This document shows, in pieces, positions 18,821 to 27,600 of a stretch of 52,414 nucleotides of DNA. Source of the DNA: a bacterium (lineage in GTDB: Bacteria > JAJVIF01 > JAGGVT01); assembly GCA_021157815.1 (NCBI GenBank), contig JAGGVT010000156.1:1-52414 (forward strand), in the 5' to 3' direction. The notes under the pieces are model-generated. The model was given only the letters and a program-made list of their open reading frames with translations, had not been told where the DNA came from and searched no databases. The position numbers and the translations under genes are program-made. Numbering within the stretch: position 1 is the first letter of the stretch; each line of letters opens with the position of its first letter.

Positions 18821-19258
18821 ATGATAAAAATGTTTAATAATCTTCTCCACAGGAATGACCGGGGATTTACACTACTGGAACTTCTGGTGGTCAGTTCGAT
18901 TATCGGAATTCTTGCGGCGATAGCCATCCCATCGCTTGGCGGGTCGCGTCGAAGCGCGTTGCAGGCGGCTTGTGTCAAGGGATTGAAATCAATTTGCGAC
19001 AGTGAGGAGATGTTCTATCGCCTGAACGGGCGCTACACGGATAACTGGAGCGAGCTGGATGACTTTCTGCCAAGCGCGTATTCAAGCTATGCGATGAAGC
19101 GTTATTTCATCGAGTCATACAGCCTGCAATTTTCAAGTGATCCATCTCGACAGACTTTTACCGTTTATGCATGGCCTTACTATGGCAAGATGCGACTTGG
19201 CACTTTCAAGATAAACGATGAGGGTGTTGTTACCACAGAGACCAACAGGCCGGTTTAA
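18821..19258 (+). CDS. Type IV pilin paralogue 10
   Basis: NDRG|FTLLELLVVSSIIGILAAIAIP; GGAGG RBS. Confidence 0.9.
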   Translation: MIKMFNNLLHRNDRGFTLLELLVVSSIIGILAAIAIPSLGGSRRSALQAACVKGLKSICDSEEMFYRLNGRYTDNWSELDDFLPSAYSSYAMKRYFIESYSLQFSSDPSRQTFTVYAWPYYGKMRLGTFKINDEGVVTTETNRPV

Positions 19259-19290
19259 TGATATTTCAGTATTTTGCTTTTTGGAAAGTC

Positions 19291-19899
19291 ATGTTGAAGA
19301 ACATTTTTCTACATAATGAATCCGGCCATACATTGGTTGAAATCCTTGCTGTTTGCGGCATAATAACGATACTTGCGACCATTCCGGTAGCGTATATGCG
19401 TGAGGCGAAAATCCGTGCGAATGAAACAGCCGCTCTGGGCGCGCTTAATCAAATGGCAGCCGCGTATGAGATGTACCGCGTGGTTGGCGACCGCCAGCGC
19501 TTCTATCCGCATTTCTATTCACATGGTTTAATCACTGATACGGTTACTTTTCACAATCCTGAGGAAATATGGGATGAGCTAATCAGGCAGGGACTTTTGC
19601 CGTACAAGTACGCAGCTAATAATCACAATACGCCGAACCTGCTGGCACCAGGTTATTCTTTTTCAATCTACCCGGTAAATTATGACGTAGTGGATAATTA
19701 CAGCATTAATCCGTGGGATAGTTATGCCTTCGCGCTGATTCCATTTCCCGGAAGCCGTCAACCCAGAACAATGGCGCTTATTCATGGTGAGTATTTCGAT
19801 CATTATTTTACAAACGCCCGCGCGTATAAAACATCATCAACATCGTCGGACATTTCAGACGCGCGGATATTCACTTTCAAGGACCCTGAGCCTGATTAG
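19291..19899 (+). CDS. Type IV pilin paralogue 11 (His at +1); start may be ATG 19258
   Basis: NESG|HTLVEILAVCGIITILATIP; ANETAALGAL motif. Confidence 0.85.
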   Translation: MLKNIFLHNESGHTLVEILAVCGIITILATIPVAYMREAKIRANETAALGALNQMAAAYEMYRVVGDRQRFYPHFYSHGLITDTVTFHNPEEIWDELIRQGLLPYKYAANNHNTPNLLAPGYSFSIYPVNYDVVDNYSINPWDSYAFALIPFPGSRQPRTMALIHGEYFDHYFTNARAYKTSSTSSDISDARIFTFKDPEPD

Positions 19900-19921
19900 A
19901 AACAGGATTAAATCAGGTGGC

Positions 19922-20518
19922 ATGCGAGTTTTGCTTTTGAAATTGGAAAATAGAAAATCGATATCTAACAACGACATGGGGTTCACTTTGCTTGAGCTCC
20001 TTATCGTTTGCACTATCATTGGCATATTGGCAACGATGTCGGTCTCACTTGTAAGTCGCGCGCGAGTGAACGCTCGTGAGACTGCGGCAGTTGTCACACT
20101 GAATTCATTCGCAGGCGCCTGGGAATCATACTGGGCACGACACGGCACGTATCCTCACTGGGGCGAGGGCATGAAATATTCCGATCCGCAGCAGCTGTTC
20201 AGAACGCTTACTCGTGAGGGATATCTGCCATCAGCCTATAGCCAGGTGCCGTATTATGAACCTGACAAGCAGTTTTACCAAATCACCGATGACTATGCTC
20301 TTGAGATTTTTCCGTTCACTGACGGCGACGGAAGACGTGCGCCATCTAATTACTACTGGCTGCTCTTGCATCCACTGGGATTTCAAAGACAACAGGGATA
20401 TCTTGGAATAGGAACTGATTCGAGTTGTGGAAAAGCGGCGGTTAGGGTGCGTCTTGGTGACTCGAGAGGTGATATTAACCAGTTTACGATTTATAGCCTT
20501 CACCACAGGGAAAATTAA
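19922..20518 (+). CDS. Type IV pilin paralogue 12
   Basis: NDMG|FTLLELLIVCTIIGILATM; AGGTGG RBS before ATG 19922. Confidence 0.85.
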   Translation: MRVLLLKLENRKSISNNDMGFTLLELLIVCTIIGILATMSVSLVSRARVNARETAAVVTLNSFAGAWESYWARHGTYPHWGEGMKYSDPQQLFRTLTREGYLPSAYSQVPYYEPDKQFYQITDDYALEIFPFTDGDGRRAPSNYYWLLLHPLGFQRQQGYLGIGTDSSCGKAAVRVRLGDSRGDINQFTIYSLHHREN

Positions 20519-20801
20519 TTAATGCTGTAATATAAAGCGCTTTAAGGCTAATTCAAATTAAATTAATTGTTACCGATAGATTTTTATGGATGCGTTTGAT
20601 GGATTCAGTAATGAGTATTCTTTTATTTATTTAATTTCGATTGAGTCTTTTAAAGTTATGTGATGTACTTCATACTGATGAGCGATTGAGATTTCAGGTT
20701 TTCCGTTTATTCAAGGGTTAGATAGCGTTTTTAGTAATTTCTGATTGTCAGGCTGATATTAAAGATGCAGGAAAATGTGGCATTTTAGCATACGTGTTTT
20801 C

Positions 20802-20830
20802 TTGACAATGAACAGGGTTTTAAGTACAGT
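20802..20830 (+). promoter_or_regulatory. Sigma70-type promoter for pilMNOP(Q)
   Basis: TTGACA-N17-TACAGT about 50 nt upstream of pilM. Confidence 0.55.
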
Positions 20831-20879
20831 TTTGGTTTAAGTACTTTACAAGTATTCCTTTGAAATACTGGAGGTTTAT

Positions 20880-22073
20880 GTGGCTTTACCGTTTTTAAAC
20901 ACCACCCCCAAGAAAGCTCTGGGTTTGCATATTGGCGCCAGTCAAATCAGAGTGGTGGAGATTGAACGGGGCAAGGCTGATTTGATGCTGACGAATATCG
21001 GCTGGATTGAAACGCCGTCAGAAGCGTATGTGGGCAGCCACCTGGAAAACCCCAGCATAATCGCTGGCGCGGTTTCCCGTCTGCTTGCATCGCGAAACAT
21101 CCGAACGAAACGTGTGTTGGCGACAATTGATGCAAACGATACTATCGCGCGAACGATATTGCTTCCATCCATGGCAAAAAAAGATCTTAGAAAAGCGATT
21201 ATTTTCGAGATGGAAGCTTCTCTGCCATCAACTGGTGAAGAGAATATTCTCGATTACCAGGTTCTCAGGGTTTTCGAAAATCCCGAGGATAACTCCGAGC
21301 AGGTGTCAGTGTTGATTCTCTCGACCCAAAGGCAGAATACTGTCGCCGTGGCCGAGGCTATGACACAGGCTGATTTGAAGCCGGTTGCGATTGACCTTAC
21401 TCCGGTTGCCTCTTTCCGCGCTGAGAAGCGAAGTGACACATATTTGGAAAATGGAGAGGACCTGATAATAATCACGATTAATGACCGATGCACGGACCTC
21501 ACGATTATCAACCAGGGTAACGTTAGATTTGTGCGTTCACTGCCGATAGGTTCCGCAAATATTCTAGATGCCATAGGTGAAAAGCCCTTGTTCAACGATG
21601 TGGTTGACCGACTGGCAAAGGAGCAGGAAAAAGAACATGAACCCGCTGATGAACCTGAGGATGAAGTGAAAGCGTTTGACCCGTTCGGCGGTTCTGATGC
21701 TCCATCACCATTTGCAGGCAGCGCCGGCCAGCCCATGATGATGGATAAAGACGAAAAACCGGGTATCGGTCGCATTGAAAGTTTGATTACTGAACTTGCC
21801 GACGAAACTCTGAATACAATGCGATACGGCCAGTCTATTGGCAAGGAACAGACCGATGTCAAGTACGCGATGTTAAACGGTTATTTCCCATACAAGGAAG
21901 AATTTATTTCAAGTTTGAAGGAAAAACTTGGCCAGGACGTTTACCCGGGAGACCCGTTCTCCTCTCTTGATTTGACAAGTCCTGGACTGGAGGAAGAATT
22001 GATTGACAGGTTTGCTCCAAACTTTTCTGCGGCATGCGGTCTTGCGCTGAGGGGGGTGGGTGAGTATGAATGA
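20880..22073 (+). CDS. pilM: Type IV pilus assembly protein PilM (actin-like fold)
   Basis: GLHIGASQIRVVE, IARTILLP, ILDYQVL, LKPVAIDL, FVRSLPIG, C-terminal FSAACGLALRG; first gene of an MNOPQ-like run. Confidence 0.85.
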   Translation: MALPFLNTTPKKALGLHIGASQIRVVEIERGKADLMLTNIGWIETPSEAYVGSHLENPSIIAGAVSRLLASRNIRTKRVLATIDANDTIARTILLPSMAKKDLRKAIIFEMEASLPSTGEENILDYQVLRVFENPEDNSEQVSVLILSTQRQNTVAVAEAMTQADLKPVAIDLTPVASFRAEKRSDTYLENGEDLIIITINDRCTDLTIINQGNVRFVRSLPIGSANILDAIGEKPLFNDVVDRLAKEQEKEHEPADEPEDEVKAFDPFGGSDAPSPFAGSAGQPMMMDKDEKPGIGRIESLITELADETLNTMRYGQSIGKEQTDVKYAMLNGYFPYKEEFISSLKEKLGQDVYPGDPFSSLDLTSPGLEEELIDRFAPNFSAACGLALRGVGEYE

Positions 22074-22656
22074 TGATTATCTCATTAATTTACTCCCGTC
22101 AGAATATTTGCCCAAGCCGGAATTCAAAGGATTTCCGCTTTTTGTTATCGCTGTTCTTGTGCTTGTTGGCGTGTTTGTTTTTTTGGATAACACAAGAATA
22201 ACGGGCAGAATTAATACACTTAAGGAATTAAAAAAAAATCAAACAGCGTTGGTTAATAGGCGAACTCCGCTGGCATTGGAGGCTCTGGACGTTCAGGCGC
22301 GAAGCAGAGTGCTTTTTTCCTATGGTGTTTCCATTTGGTCAATGTTGCATCAGATCCCTCCCTGGATTGATGTCTATAATGAGATTGAGGAGAGTATTCC
22401 AAAGGGAATGTGGATTGAGAGCCTGACACTTGTCGGAGGGGGCGAAAGGAAATGGCCCAGTTTTACCATGGTGGGTATTGTCGCGGGAAACAAACCGGGG
22501 ACTGTATTGGATTTCTATGCATTAATGTTGGAACCGGATAGCAAGTTTGAGAAAGTCAAGATATCCGGTTATACATTTATCAAGCATGACAGGCAGGACG
22601 CGGTCATGTTTAATATGAGGTTCTCAATAAAGAAATCCGGATTTGAGGGTTTTTAA
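22060..22656 (+). CDS. pilN: PilN-like protein
   Basis: INLLP PilM-binding motif, single TM, IPKGMWIESL. Confidence 0.8.
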   Translation: MSMNDDYLINLLPSEYLPKPEFKGFPLFVIAVLVLVGVFVFLDNTRITGRINTLKELKKNQTALVNRRTPLALEALDVQARSRVLFSYGVSIWSMLHQIPPWIDVYNEIEESIPKGMWIESLTLVGGGERKWPSFTMVGIVAGNKPGTVLDFYALMLEPDSKFEKVKISGYTFIKHDRQDAVMFNMRFSIKKSGFEGF

Positions 22657-22674
22657 CGCAAGGAGCATTGGACT

Positions 22675-23466
22675 ATGCTGAAGATTTACCTACAGATATT
22701 TGGCACGCTTGCGTTGGGTTTGATAATTCTGTTGAATTATAACGTCTTTATGAAAAAACCCAACAAAGAGAAGATAGTGGAACTGCAAAAAGAGATGAAA
22801 ACTCTTGAGGTAACAGCGCAGACACTTGACAAAGTACTGAATCATCGCCCTCATTTTGGCACGCTTGAGAATTTTCAATCGCAGGATCTCGATGATGTTC
22901 GTGTGTTTTATGCGGACTCTTTTAATGAACCGGCGTTTATGGGTAAGCTGCAAAAGCTGGTTGACCTTTCAGGATGCACAACAAACGGAATTATCGTTGG
23001 GAATATCAAAGGAGTATCGAATCCTTTGAAATATGAGTTTTTTAAAACCAAACAGAAGGAAAACCTGGAAAAGAGCATTAACTCGTTTGTAAGCACCATG
23101 GATGAATATGCCGGTAATACCGCAAAATGGCAGTCGATTGTTGGTGATAACAGCGATTATTCATCAAGATTGGTGTTTTACCATTCGATATCAGGAGGAA
23201 AGAAATTTCCATCTTCGATGAATAAGGGATTTGAGGTTCACAGGTTTAAACTGAATCTTAAGGGCAATTACACAAGCTGCAAGAAATTCCTGTATCTCGT
23301 CAGCAGAAACAGGCCATTTACGGAAGCCATTGTTCATTCATTTGTACCAATAAATGAAAAGCAGGGCGTTGAAAAGATGTTTGCCTGCCGCGTGACAATC
23401 CTTACGTATAGGGACAAGAATGAGAAGATGCACCCAATACAGAAAATGGTGGATGTTCAGGTTTAA
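22675..23466 (+). CDS. pilO: PilO-like protein
   Basis: N-terminal TM plus coiled coil, FKLNLKGNYTSCKKFL motif; position after pilN. Confidence 0.7.
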   Translation: MLKIYLQIFGTLALGLIILLNYNVFMKKPNKEKIVELQKEMKTLEVTAQTLDKVLNHRPHFGTLENFQSQDLDDVRVFYADSFNEPAFMGKLQKLVDLSGCTTNGIIVGNIKGVSNPLKYEFFKTKQKENLEKSINSFVSTMDEYAGNTAKWQSIVGDNSDYSSRLVFYHSISGGKKFPSSMNKGFEVHRFKLNLKGNYTSCKKFLYLVSRNRPFTEAIVHSFVPINEKQGVEKMFACRVTILTYRDKNEKMHPIQKMVDVQV

Positions 23467-23515
23467 CGGCACCAGGGGGTGAAGTTAACCTAACAGAGTT
23501 GTCAGAGGTAAAGAG

Positions 23516-24448
23516 ATGAACAAGAAAAATACAAAAAGAACAGACAAGTGGGCTATGTTGCTCATAGTTGCCGGAATCATTCTTGGGATAAATCTTTTCG
23601 TTGCGGTGTTGAGCCCTGACTGGACGAATACAGTGCAGGAAAACGCTGTAGGCAGGCTGGATGCATATTTCAATAGCAAAGTGGTTTTAAGCGAAAGTGA
23701 TACGCATGCGGTTACCGCCGGGCAGGGTGGAGTTAACGTTCAAAGAGCCAGAGATAATGCTAAGAGAGCAAGGAGAGATATCGAGGGTGGAGGTTCTCTG
23801 AACTCAGGAACTACAGAAAGCGCGGAAACACAATCTCCAGCAGCAGGATCAATTGCTGGTGAAAAACCGCCGCCACCGCCTCCTGCTGATTCGCCTGCTA
23901 AAAAAGGCGCCAAAGGCAAACAGGAAATCGACCCGGTAGTTCTGAAAAAAGCGCTTAAATATTTCCAGGATTCACTTTCTGACAGGGATGTTATCTGGGA
24001 AGGGCAAACCGAACCTGACAGGCCTTACGTCTCAAAATCATTCAGAGATAATCCGTTCGACAAGGTTGAGGAAATAAATATTGGCTCGGTTCTAGAAGGA
24101 CTAAATCAGATTCCGTCGGAACCATTCTATCCTCCGCCGGGTGAGTCTAAAAGAATCACCCCGGACGAACTTGAGGAATATCTTAAAACCGTCAGCCTTC
24201 AGGGTATCATTGTTATCGATGATCGGTTTTACGCCGTTATGAGATCTGGCCCAAGACATTTCACCAGAGCGGTGGGTGATGAATTCAAGGACAAGTTTGT
24301 TATTAATGTGGTTGATATAAGCTTTGAAAACGTATTGCTCTCAGATGAATTTGGCAACAAGGGCCTGATTGGTTTTGATTACGCGCGCGGATTTGAGGCT
24401 CAATCCATTGATAATGTGCTGTATTTATCGCACTATGGTAAGAAATGA
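23516..24448 (+). CDS. PilP-like (GspC HR-like) protein with TM anchor and Pro-rich linker
   Basis: RDNPF motif, C-terminal LQGIIVIDDRFYAVM...VGD...VVDI beta domain; between pilO and the secretin. Confidence 0.6.
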   Translation: MNKKNTKRTDKWAMLLIVAGIILGINLFVAVLSPDWTNTVQENAVGRLDAYFNSKVVLSESDTHAVTAGQGGVNVQRARDNAKRARRDIEGGGSLNSGTTESAETQSPAAGSIAGEKPPPPPPADSPAKKGAKGKQEIDPVVLKKALKYFQDSLSDRDVIWEGQTEPDRPYVSKSFRDNPFDKVEEINIGSVLEGLNQIPSEPFYPPPGESKRITPDELEEYLKTVSLQGIIVIDDRFYAVMRSGPRHFTRAVGDEFKDKFVINVVDISFENVLLSDEFGNKGLIGFDYARGFEAQSIDNVLYLSHYGKK

Positions 24449-24674
24449 TATTCTCCGGTTTGATTACTGGTGGATATAAATATAGGAAAAATGGTATAAT
24501 CCGTTGTTTTACAGGCGGGGAAATGGTTTTAGATTTGTGTTTTAACTGATATAATCGGCAACGTGATGGGAGGTTTCGAATTAGGTTTTCCGAACACCCG
24601 TCAATGTCTTTTATGAGGAGATTGATAATATATTTGCTTTAACTTTCAGTTATATTAAATGTATTAAAATCGGA

Positions 24675-27600
24675 TTGGAATTCTTAACAAGGCGAAATAT
24701 GAAAACGATACAAATGCCGGGCAGTTTACATAGAGCGATGTCGGTATATAAGAACATCAGTAATCGAAACAACAAAAGCCGAGGAGTTTACCACTCGATG
24801 AGCCTTCCGAACGACCGAAGGATAAAAGCAATACGAAACTTAACCGGATTGTGCATACTTTTCGTGGTTCTAAGTTTCACGCAGGCCTCACGGGCAAATC
24901 CCATGGCCTCCACCACTCTGGATGATATCCGCTTTACCACATGCGGAGAGGGGTGTATCCAGGTGATTGTCAGCGGGTCCGGTGAACTGGATCCCGGACA
25001 GGCAACCTATATCGCGAATCCAGCGAGACTTGTTTATGATTTCAAGGATACAGTCCTTGGATATAATGATGGTCGCACGCGCAAATTCCCGATCGAGGTT
25101 GGTGACCTTAACACAATTGGGATTTCCCAATACAAGCGTCATCCGGATGTGGTCCGGCTTGTTCTGTACTTCAGAAGCGGTAATGAGAAAAGCCTGCGTA
25201 ACACGATTCTGGCATCGAATGATGATGGCAAATTGGTTATGACATATTCTCTCGATGGCACCATGCCGGGAGTCGAAAAGATTCCGGGCGATAGTAATGG
25301 CCTTATCGACAAGCTTCTTCATCAGAGGATGGGTCCCGAAAGAGACCGTTTTGACCTTCATGGTGACATTGCCTTTGAGGATCCCGTTGTACGGTTTGTT
25401 AAAGGCGGATTAATCATTAACTTGAAAGGTATTCAATTTAAGGTGCCGGCGGAATCAGGCAATAACATGCAGGTACCTGTCAGTGGCGCGTTGATAGATG
25501 AAATACAGGTTGTGAATCAGCCTGATGGCGCTACTTTGTTCCTTCGAATCAAGGATTCCGCAAGGACATACCTGGTTGATTATGAGATTGATCGCAATGA
25601 TAGCATGTCATTGGGACTTGAAGTGCATCGATCATATCAGTCAGATTCGGGTAAGGAACTGGCTATACCGAAACCCAAACCTGTAACATCCAGCGATGGC
25701 AAAGTTACGGGCATGGTTTATGTGCTTGGAAGTTCGATGGAGAAAGGCGACTCCGTCGATGCCTCAGGCGTGTCAAGGATTATCAGGATCCAGTATCAGC
25801 CGCTTTCAATCGGTGAGAGATTCATCATTGAGGCTACCGGCGATTTCAATCCCAGTTTCCAGAAGCTCGGATTCCCAAATCGCCTGAACATGAGATCGGA
25901 CAACACGACTGTGATATTGCCCCGCGAAGCTGATGATAAGTTCCAGGTGAGAATTGAAGGCGCGATGTCCAAACTTATGAAGGTGTTCTTGAAGGATCAT
26001 GACGGCACACCTGAATCTGTAATCCAGTTTTATTATGAAATAGAAGAAAACGAAGATATTCAGTATGACCTGTATATCACAGATACCGAGAATGTTTATT
26101 ATCTTGATTTGATTCCAATAGCGATGTCTTATTCGGCAACTCCGCCTGTCAAGGTTGATATTCCGCTGAAACCCGAACAAGCCCCCATTGATTTGAAACC
26201 AGTAGTGACTATTCCGGTTGAACCGGTTAAAGCTGAGAAAGTCGAGACGGTAGAAGCGGAGACGGTTGAGCCCGAAGTGGAACCAGTCGAGGATGATGTT
26301 GTTTCCTTCAATATTCCCAATGAAACGGAATATGAATCGGTTGTCAGCATTCCAATATCACCCGACAAAATTGAAGAGACAGCTGAACCGGCAGAACCTG
26401 TAATGCCGATTGAACCTGAGATTGAAAAAGAACCTGAGGTAGTTGTCGAAAAGCCGGTTGAATCCATTGTCGAAATTGAAAAAAATTGTGAAGCCGCGCC
26501 TGAGCCAGTTAAGGCTGCTCCAGTGGAAACCTCACCAGTCAGGATTGAGTTTGTCAAACTTGATAATTTTGACAGGTTTATAATCTCAAGCGATACTCCA
26601 ATTGATGAATACAACCATAACGAGCTTAACTATCCGAGCCGGTTCGCGATTGAATTCCCGGGAAGGTCTATCGATTTCAATGCGCTGGAATCCGGCAAAT
26701 CGAGATACATTCAAGGTAACGCGACTGAAAGCGTTAGAATCATTGCGCGTGATTTACCTGTTCAAAAATCTGTATTCTACATATTCCTGAATGGCAAATG
26801 GGATGAGACTGACTGTGAAATATCAGGAAGCCCCAACAGGATTGTTATTGATGTCCGCTCGCTTGCTTCTCAAATTGAGGAACAGATAGATGAAACAATT
26901 ACAGAACCCACACCGGCGTTTTTCGAACCGGATATCATAGAGGTTGAACCTGAACCTGAACCTGTGGTTGAGATACCAAAGGTTGTTAACCCGGAGGTTG
27001 TTAAACCTGTAACTGTTGCAACAGTTGAACCAGAGGAAGAAGAAAGCAGGAGCATGTCTTTCCTGCTTGATGATGTTGAGCTGGACAAAGACGATGCAAT
27101 TGAAGAAGTTATCATAGAAGCGCCTGTAGTCGAGGTTATAGAGGAAGAGCCGATTGAGGAAGAGGTTGCTCCACTCGTTGAGGATGAGCCGATTCAAGAG
27201 GCTATTGTTGAAGAAGAAGACGATTTCATTGAAATAAAAGTCTCTGAAACCAAAGAGGAGAAACCGGAAGAGACTCAGGTTGCGGCGCTGTACCATAAGA
27301 CAGATGCTTTCCCGCTAAAGAAAGGCGAGATTAAGAAAGCGGATATATGCATTAATTCCATTAAGTTAAATGGGGGCACAGGGCTAGGCCAGATTATTGT
27401 TTACACAGATGGTGGCAGGATACCTGAGCCGGATGTTAAATGGTGGAACTATCCTGTCAGATTAAGTTTCGATTTCGATGATATTGGCGTTGATCTGAAT
27501 GGCGTTGATCCGACCAAATGGAGCAGCGATATTGACAGTACGGTAATAAGCAGGATTCAGGTAGATCAACATTCCGGCGGGCGAGTTCCGCTTGGCGCGT

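Noticed and set aside
13769-20518. Shufflon or pilS-type antigenic variation cassettes
   Set aside because: All pilins are full-length, co-oriented and have their own leaders; no recombinase and no identical DNA repeats were seen between them
13769-20518. Electrically conductive (e-)pili suggested by aromatic-rich heads (hand count about 18 F/W/Y in 130 residues for 18821..19258)
   Set aside because: Most have a long aromatic-free gap after residue 1 and lack the Geobacter F24/Y27 positions; no cytochromes are nearby and the criterion itself is disputed
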